In this document: piece by piece, positions 10,444-19,282 of the stretch | Numbering within the stretch: position 1 is the first letter of the stretch | Layout: every line of letters begins with the position of its first letter | Virus record (IMG/VR): IMGVR_UViG_3300030107_008258 | Location: 64,001-128,000 of that record | DNA length: 64,000 bases | Source: a virus | Reading direction: 5' to 3' (one strand) | Program-made: the position numbers and the translations under genes | Notes under the pieces: model-generated | What the model was told of the DNA's origin: nothing | Database searches by the model: none | What the model saw: only the letters and a program-made list of their open reading frames with translations

Positions 10444-11439
10444 CTACACTCCGTGAATTTTCATCATATCCTCCATGCTTAAAGATCCACCTTTTTCTGC
10501 GGCTTTTTTAGCGAGGTTTATAGTTTCGTTTGGATTATCTAAGCCTAAACGTTTTAAGTCTTCCTTGGTAGCACCCACTAAAGATACCGCCGAACCTTCT
10601 TTTTCTGCAGCTTTTGACTTATCTAACACTTCTCTAGCGTTTTTAGAGGATTCAAACCATTCTACCAATTTGTCAGGATCATGCCTTATATCGTCAGGAA
10701 CTTGATTTTCAGCGTTTTCTAGAAGGGATTTGTAATATCTTCCATATCCAAAAAGTTCTATTTGATAAAAAGTCAATTCAACTAAAGGTTTTCCAAAGAA
10801 GACGTGAGCATTATTCTCACATAAATAAAATAGATTAACAAAAAAAGTAGAAAGAGAAACCTTTTTTAAAGCTTGTGAATTATATTTTTTAGTGCTTTTA
10901 TTATATAAATCGATCAATCCCATTAGTTTCCGTTCTTCCAACTCCTCAAATTCCTCTGGAGCAAAGAGGCAAGAACCATCCTCTTTTAGTAACGCAAACT
11001 GCATGTAATGCTCGTTGATTCTTCTTTGAGCATAGTTTTCGGCGCAAAAACCTATCAACTCTTCCTTTTCTAATTCTAATTTAGACAATTTGAATTGATT
11101 TTCTTTCAGTTGAGCATTTAAACTTTCTATATGAGATGCTAAAAAGAGTTTTGATTTGGATTTTTTTAACCCTGCTACCATACTCTTAAGGTTTAGAATT
11201 TCCTTATTCTTTCCCTCGTCCCAAATGTTTTCCTTTACTAAATAATCTATACGTTCCCTTTTTGTAGGGAGACCTTGTTTTACTGCTTTCTCGTAAAAAT
11301 AACGATTTTTTATGTCTAATTCGGCAGAATCGAAATTATTGAAGTGTTTAACCTTTATTTTTCCGAATTCCTGAGACTCCGCTAGGGTGAACCCTCTAAG
11401 AACTTCGGAAAATATTACTTTTAAACTGCCATCTTCCAC
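10444..11439 (-). CDS. Putative tail assembly chaperone (pre-tape-measure)
   Basis: 331 aa, helical and charged, directly upstream of the tape measure. Its GTG start overlaps the stop of the upstream ORF (TAGTG). Confidence 0.55.
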   Translation of the reverse strand: MEDGSLKVIFSEVLRGFTLAESQEFGKIKVKHFNNFDSAELDIKNRYFYEKAVKQGLPTKRERIDYLVKENIWDEGKNKEILNLKSMVAGLKKSKSKLFLASHIESLNAQLKENQFKLSKLELEKEELIGFCAENYAQRRINEHYMQFALLKEDGSCLFAPEEFEELEERKLMGLIDLYNKSTKKYNSQALKKVSLSTFFVNLFYLCENNAHVFFGKPLVELTFYQIELFGYGRYYKSLLENAENQVPDDIRHDPDKLVEWFESSKNAREVLDKSKAAEKEGSAVSLVGATKEDLKRLGLDNPNETINLAKKAAEKGGSLSMEDMMKIHGV

Positions 11440-12215
11440 TATTTTTCTTGCTCTTCGACTTCTTTATCTTCTTCGTCTAATTTCATTGCAAGGTCTATCA
11501 TGCTTTGGAACTCCTCCTGACTATTGGGCCTTCCTACGAACCAAAAACTAACATAATAAGCAAATTTTCGAGCAGCTAAAATTGAAAAAACTTCCTCAGA
11601 TTCGTCTATCTCATCATACCGTTCGAGTTTTTCCTCAAAATTACCCTCTCCAAAGAAAGGAACATCTTTTCCGTCTTGCTCCCAATAACCTAAGTGAAGA
11701 AGCCACCATAAAATCACCTTATTTCGCGCTCGATTTTCTGCCGTTTCTTCGTAAAGACCATCTTCCACTAATTGTAAATCTCGGAGGTCTTTTCTCGCTG
11801 GTTTAATTTCTGTCTCTAGTTCTTTTAACCTCTTTTTCTGAGCGGAAGTTCTTTTCTTTTCGGTTACTTCAAGAATTTTTGACTGTTCTTTATGGAAATT
11901 TTGAAGTTTCTCTATTATTTTTTGATACTGTTCGTTTTCATCATCGCTTCGTGTTCCTCCATCATTTTCGAAACGTTTCTCTAATAAAGCGCGGGTTAAT
12001 AGACCGGCTTTGATTCCTTCAGCTAGCTTTACTCCGTAATAAAGCTCTGCTTCGTCAGTCATAGCTCGTGTAGGGCGCCTTAGAAAGAACTTGTGAGGTA
12101 CATCCTTTTTTACATCTTTGGAAATTGTAACTTCTGTCCCGTCTTTTTTCTTTTCTACGGTTTCTTCCTTAACGGTTTCTTCTCGACTTACGGTGAATTC
12201 GTATATACGCTTCAT
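11439..12215 (-). CDS. Putative tail assembly chaperone
   Basis: 258-aa charged protein between tail tube and tape measure. FFLRRPT resembles chaperone 'xxxRxP' motifs. Confidence 0.55.
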   Translation of the reverse strand: MKRIYEFTVSREETVKEETVEKKKDGTEVTISKDVKKDVPHKFFLRRPTRAMTDEAELYYGVKLAEGIKAGLLTRALLEKRFENDGGTRSDDENEQYQKIIEKLQNFHKEQSKILEVTEKKRTSAQKKRLKELETEIKPARKDLRDLQLVEDGLYEETAENRARNKVILWWLLHLGYWEQDGKDVPFFGEGNFEEKLERYDEIDESEEVFSILAARKFAYYVSFWFVGRPNSQEEFQSMIDLAMKLDEEDKEVEEQEK

Positions 12216-12466
12216 TTTGGTTTATTATTGTTATATTCGACAAATTTCTCAAAATATTCCTCTAGTTCACGAATACAATCGTTTCCTAGATCTAATATTC
12301 TTTTTCGGATTCTTTGGTGGGTTTCTTCTGGAATTTTTATTCCATCTACTTGGAGGTCTTCTAAAATAAAGAAAAATTGTTTATAAAGATTTGTTATCTT
12401 TCTTCGCGTTTGGAACGCAAAAAAATTATTGATAATATCCCTATCCTTACCTTCTTCCTTAGACAT
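12212..12466 (-). CDS. Hypothetical protein
   Basis: 84-aa ORF with an AAGG SD and a GTGTA element upstream. It overlaps the next gene by 4 nt (ATGA). Confidence 0.7.
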   Translation of the reverse strand: MSKEEGKDRDIINNFFAFQTRRKITNLYKQFFFILEDLQVDGIKIPEETHQRIRKRILDLGNDCIRELEEYFEKFVEYNNNKPK

Positions 12467-12508
12467 ACCTTGTACCTTATATCTTATGTATAATTACACA
12501 AAAAATAC

Positions 12509-12537
12509 AAAAAAAAGCCCCTCCGAAGAGGGGGCTT
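12509..12537 (-). terminator. Rho-independent terminator after tail tube gene
   Basis: Minus-strand RNA reads AAGCCCCCUC-UUCG-GAGGGGCUUUUUUUU: a GC stem, C(UUCG)G tetraloop and U-tract. Confidence 0.88.
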
Positions 12538-12564
12538 AATTAAATATTAACTAAATATTAGCTA

Positions 12565-13860
12565 TTAGGCAGGACTGTTAGCTAGATAATAACCGCTCAT
12601 AAAGAGGCCCATTCCTGACTGCTCTGGACCACCAATCTGCGAGGTAAAGCTAAGAGACACTGTCTTATTGTCTCCCATCCCTACACTGTAGGATTGGCTA
12701 TCTAATTTAATTCCTTTAAGTATATAGTTAGCTGCAGCGTATCTTTGTTGATGCGCATCTGACATTCCCGCGCATTCTGGGGCTCCAAGTTGTATACGCG
12801 CATCAAATAGATCATCACAATCAATCATTTCAGCCAATGAGCCTGTGGTCAAATCTGAAACCACAGCATCAACTCCTAAACTTACAGTAACCGGAAAGTC
12901 TATTACTCGAGCATAAGCGAACTTCGTTCCGAGCTGTTCAATAGAACTACGACTTAAATCAAAACCAATATTAAAACTTTGAATATGAGCATTTTCTATA
13001 CTTGCTCCAGCGTAGTCCGGTTTACCCATACTTGTACTTGTTGCAGCAGTGCCCACGCTCTTGTCTGCCTGTTTTGAAAGGAATAGCTTGAGGTCGCCGG
13101 GACGCAATACACTAACTGATCCAGCGGCAGTGTCTGAAACACTTCCAGTCGGACAAGGCAGCGCTACAGGGGTTTCGTATCTTTTTCCATCTATTGGATT
13201 GATAGCTGGGTTCCTTCCTGTGATGTACCATGGTCTTTTTAAGTTTTTACCCGGACCGGGGGCGGTGTCAGGCTTTGAATAAGCACCAACTCCTCCATCT
13301 CCAAAATTTTGGAAATTCATATTAAGTCCTTCGGCAGAGAAGGACACTGAAGGAAATCCTCCTACGGCAGCTTCTACAGAATAAGAGGTAAGTCCTGCAT
13401 TTCCGATTCCAATTAAACTTTCAAAATTTCCGCTTGTAGCCGTAGTCGGGTTTAGAGATGTTTCATCAGCGTCTTTACCTTCTTTAGCATTAAGGATGTA
13501 AAAGTTCTTTTGATAAGCATTAGTAGTTGAATCTATAATGTCACTGATACATGACTTAAAAGGTCCGACGACACCGCTTTGAGTTACATGAAAACCAAGT
13601 TTATATTCATTACCAAAATTGGCTAAAAGATAACTGCTATCAAAAGAAACGGAAGGTGATTCGGTAATAATTCTATCAATAGCGCCAAGCTGCCCAAATT
13701 GATTAACGTCTGTGCGACTAATATTAAAAGAATAGTTGCAGCTTTGCACCCTATCTAAATCTATATTGTCCCTGTAGCCAGTTTGCGTACCGCTAAATAC
13801 TACATCTTGAGATGCATAAACTGCTTCACTTTGGTAAATTACTCGATTTCTGGTAGCCAT
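12565..13860 (-). CDS. Major tail tube protein (putative)
   Basis: 431 aa, beta-rich. It sits between neck genes and chaperones/tape measure, has a strong SD and its own terminator, and shows an internally repeated tube-like motif (RVQSCNYSFNISRTDVNQFG / HIQSFNIGFDLSRSSIEQLG). Confidence 0.75.
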   Translation of the reverse strand: MATRNRVIYQSEAVYASQDVVFSGTQTGYRDNIDLDRVQSCNYSFNISRTDVNQFGQLGAIDRIITESPSVSFDSSYLLANFGNEYKLGFHVTQSGVVGPFKSCISDIIDSTTNAYQKNFYILNAKEGKDADETSLNPTTATSGNFESLIGIGNAGLTSYSVEAAVGGFPSVSFSAEGLNMNFQNFGDGGVGAYSKPDTAPGPGKNLKRPWYITGRNPAINPIDGKRYETPVALPCPTGSVSDTAAGSVSVLRPGDLKLFLSKQADKSVGTAATSTSMGKPDYAGASIENAHIQSFNIGFDLSRSSIEQLGTKFAYARVIDFPVTVSLGVDAVVSDLTTGSLAEMIDCDDLFDARIQLGAPECAGMSDAHQQRYAAANYILKGIKLDSQSYSVGMGDNKTVSLSFTSQIGGPEQSGMGLFMSGYYLANSPA

Positions 13861-13921
13861 TTTAAATCCTTAATTGTTATCTTAATTTACAGTTAATATG
13901 GCCAAAAGTGAAATTATTTTA

Positions 13922-14785
13922 CTATTGTCGCGGGAATCTGAATTTACTAAGCTCAAAATCTATTAACGTAGAGTAAACATTAGGATTAAATTTTCTCACT
14001 TCATTTTCTAAAACTCGATCAAAACGAGAAATATTAATATCATTTAGGAAAACTTGATCCGCATTGGTTTTTCCATCCATTATTCCAGTATAATTGTACT
14101 GGCTATTACGATAATAACCAAATTGGTTAAAGGGCATCTCTGAAGCTTCTAATAAATAAAAATTTGTTTGTCTTTGGTCTCTAAAAAGGGAACCAATTGC
14201 ATCGATATCAAACTGACTGTCGGCAATTACTATAGCCCTCACATTAATAATTGTATCATCCATCCCCCCAAAAGCAAGCGGCTCGTTAGAGCTGCCATCC
14301 GGCTTAAGGTAAACAACAGGATAAGTTTTTGTATCCGGCTCTAATCCCGTCGGAACAACTGAACCTATTTTATTTCTATTAGTATATTGAGTTTGGAATA
14401 AAATCTCATCTTCGGTTCTACTCGTTAAGTAAACATTAAAGTCTTTTATAGCGAAACTTCCTGTAATGTTTTGGGATTGAGTCCCTGACCAATAAGAACG
14501 GCCATTTCCGTAATCGATAGCGTATAACCCGGTATTACCCCCTTCCCCCACATTGACCAAAGTATTTCCCGCATAAAGCCCGGTAGGAATAGTAGCTCCT
14601 GTTATAGAAGCATCCGACACAATTTGCGAATAGGAGCTGGCATAAGTGTTATAACCATAGTAATCATCAGATACGCTATAAAACTGTCCTGTTGTGTTCT
14701 GGTAAGCTTCGCCTTTTGTTAAAAGCTTATTGTCAAACCACAATAAAAAACTAGACATTACTTGGTTGTCAAATTGAGCCTTCAT
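13922..14785 (-). CDS. Putative tail terminator / neck protein
   Basis: 287 aa, immediately upstream of the tail tube gene. The YPVVYL..G.....LAFGG segment is typical of tail-completion proteins. Confidence 0.55.
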   Translation of the reverse strand: MKAQFDNQVMSSFLLWFDNKLLTKGEAYQNTTGQFYSVSDDYYGYNTYASSYSQIVSDASITGATIPTGLYAGNTLVNVGEGGNTGLYAIDYGNGRSYWSGTQSQNITGSFAIKDFNVYLTSRTEDEILFQTQYTNRNKIGSVVPTGLEPDTKTYPVVYLKPDGSSNEPLAFGGMDDTIINVRAIVIADSQFDIDAIGSLFRDQRQTNFYLLEASEMPFNQFGYYRNSQYNYTGIMDGKTNADQVFLNDINISRFDRVLENEVRKFNPNVYSTLIDFELSKFRFPRQ

Positions 14786-15384
14786 TTAAATTTTTTCTTT
14801 GCGTTTTTAAGAATTTCGTGAATATAAGGAGTCGGACTAAATCTAATAAAATTTATTTGCTGCTTACTTTGTAACGCTACTCCAGACCGACTATTCTCCG
14901 AATCTTTAAACACGGTGTTAGTATAATTAGTTATACCTCTTTCTATTCCTTTTACCCAACTTTTTGTAGACCAAGTTAATGGAGTCTGCGCGTAAACATC
15001 TGTTATAGAAGGAACAAGACCTATATCGTATTCTAGTAAAAATTTATTTTTTGAAACTTTTCTCAAATGGCCCTGATTTCTACTAACTTTAAACATTTTG
15101 TCAAAAATTCCCCTTACTATCTCTATAGGCTGACTCCCTTGATTAAACCCTAAAAAACCAAAAAGACTTCCTCTTCCACCTAATAAAGGACTCCCCATTG
15201 CGTTAGGGCCAGCTTCTATTTCTTTGGTGACGGGATGAGCATTTAGTTCATCAAGGGCTTCTTTTTTAATTTTATCAACTTTTCTTTTTGCCGCATTATA
15301 GGCAATTTTCTGTAATTCTTTCGACCCTTTAAAATTATAATTTTTAAGCAAGTCGTTTATATTAAGTTTTTTTGATCTTGGCAT
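14782..15384 (-). CDS. Putative neck / tail-completion protein
   Basis: 200-aa basic protein in the head-tail joining cluster, with a C-terminal PTPYI motif. Translationally coupled to its neighbours. Confidence 0.5.
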   Translation of the reverse strand: MPRSKKLNINDLLKNYNFKGSKELQKIAYNAAKRKVDKIKKEALDELNAHPVTKEIEAGPNAMGSPLLGGRGSLFGFLGFNQGSQPIEIVRGIFDKMFKVSRNQGHLRKVSKNKFLLEYDIGLVPSITDVYAQTPLTWSTKSWVKGIERGITNYTNTVFKDSENSRSGVALQSKQQINFIRFSPTPYIHEILKNAKKKFK

Positions 15385-15821
15385 TAGGTAGTTGCCTCCA
15401 AATAATAAACATAATAAGTTTTTCCTATAAAAAATCTAGCTCCATCAGAGCTAACTACGTTAAATAAACTTCCATTAATTTCAATTGACTCAGTTTTCCC
15501 TTTATCGATATAGTTTTTACAGTCAACTTCTACTTTAATTCTAACGTCCCCTTTTTCTATCATAACTTTCAATTCGTCTTGATATTCTAAAGGTTGGTTT
15601 TCTTTATAGTTAACGATAGCGCTAAAGGATTCGCTTACTGGAGTATAGGTTACTTGAGTCTTAGGCGCGCTATAACCTGCGTAAATATTTTGATCAGCCG
15701 TTAAAGAAACGCTTCTTTGCGGCTCCTTATTAACTGTTATAGTAGCTTTAAAAGTATCAAAGTGATCTCCTAGAGCCGTCTGAAAAGCAGTTTTTGCTGC
15801 TGCTGGTATTAAAGAAGCCAT
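15384..15821 (-). CDS. Putative head-closure (stopper) protein
   Basis: 145-aa beta-barrel-like ORF (IEINGSLFNVVS...YYVYYL) following the adaptor gene. Confidence 0.55.
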   Translation of the reverse strand: MASLIPAAAKTAFQTALGDHFDTFKATITVNKEPQRSVSLTADQNIYAGYSAPKTQVTYTPVSESFSAIVNYKENQPLEYQDELKVMIEKGDVRIKVEVDCKNYIDKGKTESIEINGSLFNVVSSDGARFFIGKTYYVYYLEATT

Positions 15822-16444
15822 TAGAATAATCCATTAGTATTTATCCTATTGTAAGGATAGACTTCATTGTTCATTGCATATTCTCCTCGAACTGTATCAT
15901 CTCCTGCTACTTGAATAGGGGAGGCTTTTCGAGATTTATAGGCGTTAATTAAATCTGCAAGCTCTTGATACTCTTCCTTTTTTAAGGCTAAATAAGTTTT
16001 ACTAAGTTCATTTTTATTAATTTTACGAACTCTTGAGCCATCAGACGCAACCTCTACTATGGGATCTGTAGAGGCAGCACCTACAGTGCTTCTAATTTGT
16101 TGATCGTAGTAATGAACGATATACATCTTTTTCAAAATGGAAGCTTCTTCAGGCTGTATAGAAACTATAGCTGGAGTATTAGCTAATCCATCATTGCCAC
16201 TTACAGATAACCCTAATGCCCCGCTCCCTTCATTAAATGCTTGTGGTTCATACTCTGGCGAAACAAAACTTCCAGAAAATTCATAAGCGTCTTCTCCGTA
16301 TTCGCTGATCTTAAAAGTAGTATTGATCCTATTATTTAATTCGCCTACATTGCTTCTAATCCAAAAAGAAATGGCGGGAATAGAAATACTTGAGGGTTCT
16401 CCGAGTTCCCTATAAAGTTCGTCTGCAATATCGACAATTTTCAT
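15821..16444 (-). CDS. Putative head-tail adaptor
   Basis: 207 aa with a helical N-terminus and a 'VEVASDGSRVRKIN' beta-hairpin. First gene of the neck cluster, with a GTGTA element upstream. Confidence 0.5.
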   Translation of the reverse strand: MKIVDIADELYRELGEPSSISIPAISFWIRSNVGELNNRINTTFKISEYGEDAYEFSGSFVSPEYEPQAFNEGSGALGLSVSGNDGLANTPAIVSIQPEEASILKKMYIVHYYDQQIRSTVGAASTDPIVEVASDGSRVRKINKNELSKTYLALKKEEYQELADLINAYKSRKASPIQVAGDDTVRGEYAMNNEVYPYNRINTNGLF

Positions 16445-16455
16445 ATAGTATAAAT

Positions 16456-16460
16456 TACAC
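16456..16460 (-). promoter_or_regulatory. GTGTA late-promoter element (example copy, neck operon)
   Basis: AGTGTAATTTATACTAT-ATG. One of about 20 copies upstream of transcription units (see findings). Confidence 0.75.
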
Positions 16461-16482
16461 TATATGGAGTTTTTTTGGAAAA

Positions 16483-16755
16483 TTAAGTATGTTCGGCCGG
16501 TCTTTCCCCTAAAACCGAAGTATCCCACACGGCACGAACCTCAACCTCCGAAGTAGCGTCGTTAAGGGCCGTGCTATTTGTCACGTCTCTCAAAGCTTGT
16601 TTTTTGGTGGCAACCTCTGTCTTCTTGGATGCATCTCCTGCTTCATCAGCACGTTGATAATCAATATCTAGAGCCTCTAAAAGAGGTTTACGAACTTGAC
16701 GAAAACGTTCCTTTTGAAGCTCTTTGGCTTTTGGTATATTTACTCCTATTGGCAT
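16483..16755 (-). CDS. Tail fibre assembly chaperone-like protein
   Basis: The motif R..RKPLLEALD...KKQALRDVT resembles phage tail assembly chaperones (R..R..LL...D...RQALRD). Confidence 0.6.
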   Translation of the reverse strand: MPIGVNIPKAKELQKERFRQVRKPLLEALDIDYQRADEAGDASKKTEVATKKQALRDVTNSTALNDATSEVEVRAVWDTSVLGERPAEHT

Positions 16756-16758
16756 AAC

Positions 16759-16998
16759 TTATGACTCCGAATACTCCCAAGCGTTTCTGAAATACCTATC
16801 GGCGGGGAGGTCGCCAGTAGAAATAATTTGAAAAGGAACTCCTGCCGGTACGTCTTTAGCGGCGATTCTGGCCATAAACTCTTCATGGGTTTCGCCTTGT
16901 TCAACGGCTTCAGGAGCAGGGACAACTACTGCGACACCGCTGTAACTCTCCCCTTCTGCGGGAGCCGTTGGATAAATAATTCTTCCTGTGATGTCCAT
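16759..16998 (-). CDS. Small fibre-associated phage protein
   Basis: RIIYP..VAVVVPA..IAAKDVPAG.PFQII...DLP.DRYFRNAW is a motif I recognise beside fibre genes in aquatic phages. Confidence 0.6.
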   Translation of the reverse strand: MDITGRIIYPTAPAEGESYSGVAVVVPAPEAVEQGETHEEFMARIAAKDVPAGVPFQIISTGDLPADRYFRNAWEYSES

Positions 16999-17047
16999 TT
17001 CTTTTTATTACACTTATTTTAATTATTTTTGGTTAAAAGTCCATTTT

Positions 17048-18169
17048 TTAACTCCCGAAAAATAGTAGATGAACAGGACCGCAGTCTCCATCATTTGTGT
17101 CATTGTAGTTTAACACGTCTATCCTAAAAGCTGAAGCTGTGGGTAAGCTTGATCCTTGGCTATTAGCTCCGTAAACATGCATACCGCTTCCGTTTGAGCT
17201 ATTATACTCTCCCATCGCAACGCAGCAATAATCTGTAGCTCCACTCATAGCTGTAGAAAAATTCACCGTAAAGCTACCGGTTGTATTGTCTGTGATAGAC
17301 GAAACATTATAACTTGAATTTATCGACCCGTTTGTTCCTACAAAATTCACCCACGCTTTTGCAATCCTATTATTTTCCTCCTTTAACTGCCCTTCTTCTG
17401 TTCCGGTTCCATCTGAGTCAACTACGATATGTTTCGTGGAGCTTCCTGCTACAGCAGCGGTATAATGAGATGATGTCGGAGGAGTGAAGTTTGAAGTATA
17501 CCGAGCGACACCCTTCGTAAGTCTAAAATCATCTAAGTATCCCGTCATGTATTCCGTGCTATGAGATTTACCGATATGTATACCTCCATTAGCGTCCAAG
17601 CTTGTAGTATGAGTCCAAGCAGATCCTTTTTCGACACCGTCTCTGTAAACTTTTATATCGCCACTTGACCGGACAACAGCTACGTGATACCAAGTATCAG
17701 CAGAAAGAGTATCACCCCAATTATTTCCTCCCGCAGTATAGCCATAAGACCAATTGCCAGACCCGCCTCCGCCGCCGTCCCATCTAAAAAGAAAAAATCC
17801 TGCACTATCTGCATTAGCCGCAAGAATATAGTACCCACTACTGGTAACAGTGGAAAATCTTACCCAAAATTCCCAAGTGAAGTCGCCTGTGCCAAAAGTC
17901 CAGTCAGCATGATCAGCAAGAGTTAAATGATCGCTTCCATCTAGATATAAACTACTTGACCCATATTTTTTCTGAGCGGTAACAATTTTGGCATCACCGT
18001 TAAAAGTTATGGAATGCTCTGTAGAACTTCCATCTGTAGTGGAGGTGTCGTTATTAGAACCCTCAAAAGGAAGCATGAGAACCGTTTCTGAAGAACCGGG
18101 CGAAGCTATAGACGCTGCTGAAGCGGGTGTTCCATCTACTTTAATTTTATCTAGTTTAAATTCTTTCAT
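17048..18169 (-). CDS. LamG/concanavalin-A-like fibre tip protein (paralog 2)
   Basis: LamG motifs (FGTGDFTWEFWV, WYHVAVVRS, GYLDDFRLTKGVARYTSNFTPP) plus a C-terminal AKAWVNF..SYNVSSITD domain. Confidence 0.8.
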   Translation of the reverse strand: MKEFKLDKIKVDGTPASAASIASPGSSETVLMLPFEGSNNDTSTTDGSSTEHSITFNGDAKIVTAQKKYGSSSLYLDGSDHLTLADHADWTFGTGDFTWEFWVRFSTVTSSGYYILAANADSAGFFLFRWDGGGGGSGNWSYGYTAGGNNWGDTLSADTWYHVAVVRSSGDIKVYRDGVEKGSAWTHTTSLDANGGIHIGKSHSTEYMTGYLDDFRLTKGVARYTSNFTPPTSSHYTAAVAGSSTKHIVVDSDGTGTEEGQLKEENNRIAKAWVNFVGTNGSINSSYNVSSITDNTTGSFTVNFSTAMSGATDYCCVAMGEYNSSNGSGMHVYGANSQGSSLPTASAFRIDVLNYNDTNDGDCGPVHLLFFGS

Positions 18170-18172
18170 TTT

Positions 18173-19282
18173 TTAATTCCCGAAAACCATCACGCCGATA
18201 TAAGCGTCATCTTGAGTTGAAGAGTCATTATAAGTCACTCTTATTGCTACCCCTGAAGTTGTTCTTGTGCCGTCTAATGATACGTCCCTACCGTTTGTAG
18301 TTACGCCGTTATTTCCTGCACTGCCTGCAAAACAATAATTTGCATCTGTCAAAGCGGTTGAAAAATTAACAGTAAACCTAGCTGTGTCCGTGTCTGTTAT
18401 GCTACTTACGTTATAACTAGCATTGATAGAAGGAGTTCCTGACCCGGTAAAGTTCACCCACGCTTTTGCAAGCCGCACTGGATTTATACCACCTGTTCCA
18501 ACTATGACCCCATCAGCATCTTCGTTAACAATGATTTGCTTGAGAGAATCACCTCCAGTAGTTAGATGCGCAGTAGTCGGTGCAGTAAAGTTAGACGTAT
18601 ACCTAGCTAAACCTTTAGTTATTCTTAAATCGTCCAAATAGTACTTAGCTCGTCCGGACGCGCCCCCACTAAGCTGATCCCCAAAAGCCATACCAGCAGT
18701 CCTTCCGAACTGACCCGTATGACTTTGTGTGTTAGAATCAGCAGTGCCATTTATGTATATTTTTAAAGTACCACTATGCCTAACTAGGGCTATATGTGTC
18801 CACGCCCCAGTAGACACCGCAGGATTAGCTGAATGAAAAACACTAGTGCCAGCGTAATACCAACTAAGCCTCCCTGCAGTTCCAGCGGAAGTTTTACCCA
18901 TCCATATTTGGTGTCTAGTACTACCGCTAGAATCCCATTGGTCAAACAACGCATAACTCTCAGAAAAATCAGTGAAATAGAACCAAGCTTCCATGGTAAA
19001 TTCTCCAGTGCCCATGTTAAATCCGTCACTAGAAGAAAGCTCTATGCCGTCAGCAATATATATACTAGTAGCGCCAAACTTTTTTTGGGTGCTGCTTAAT
19101 TGATCTCCTGTAGCGTAAGAAAGAGTAAGGTTTTTATTGCTTGCATCTAATCCTGTCGTAGTAGTCGCCGTATCACTACCATCAAAATTGAACATCGCAG
19201 TCACTTTTGAAAAATGTGTATCTCCAGCTTCTGCCGTGTCCGCTGGTTTCAATTGTCCTATTCTTAATTTTTGTAAATTCAT
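18173..19282 (-). CDS. LamG/concanavalin-A-like fibre tip protein (paralog 1)
   Basis: Same architecture as 17048..18169 (MGTGEFTMEAWF, WTHIALVRH, YLDDLRITKGLARYTSNFT, AKAWVNF). Confidence 0.8.
   Translation of the reverse strand: MNLQKLRIGQLKPADTAEAGDTHFSKVTAMFNFDGSDTATTTTGLDASNKNLTLSYATGDQLSSTQKKFGATSIYIADGIELSSSDGFNMGTGEFTMEAWFYFTDFSESYALFDQWDSSGSTRHQIWMGKTSAGTAGRLSWYYAGTSVFHSANPAVSTGAWTHIALVRHSGTLKIYINGTADSNTQSHTGQFGRTAGMAFGDQLSGGASGRAKYYLDDLRITKGLARYTSNFTAPTTAHLTTGGDSLKQIIVNEDADGVIVGTGGINPVRLAKAWVNFTGSGTPSINASYNVSSITDTDTARFTVNFSTALTDANYCFAGSAGNNGVTTNGRDVSLDGTRTTSGVAIRVTYNDSSTQDDAYIGVMVFGN

Noticed and set aside
11430-11470. Programmed -1 frameshift fusing the two tail chaperone ORFs (lambda G/GT style)
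   Set aside because: The downstream ORF is in the -1 frame, but that frame is open for only about 8 codons before the stop. The best site (A GAA AAA) is not a canonical X XXY YYZ heptamer. TAGTG coupling explains the layout.
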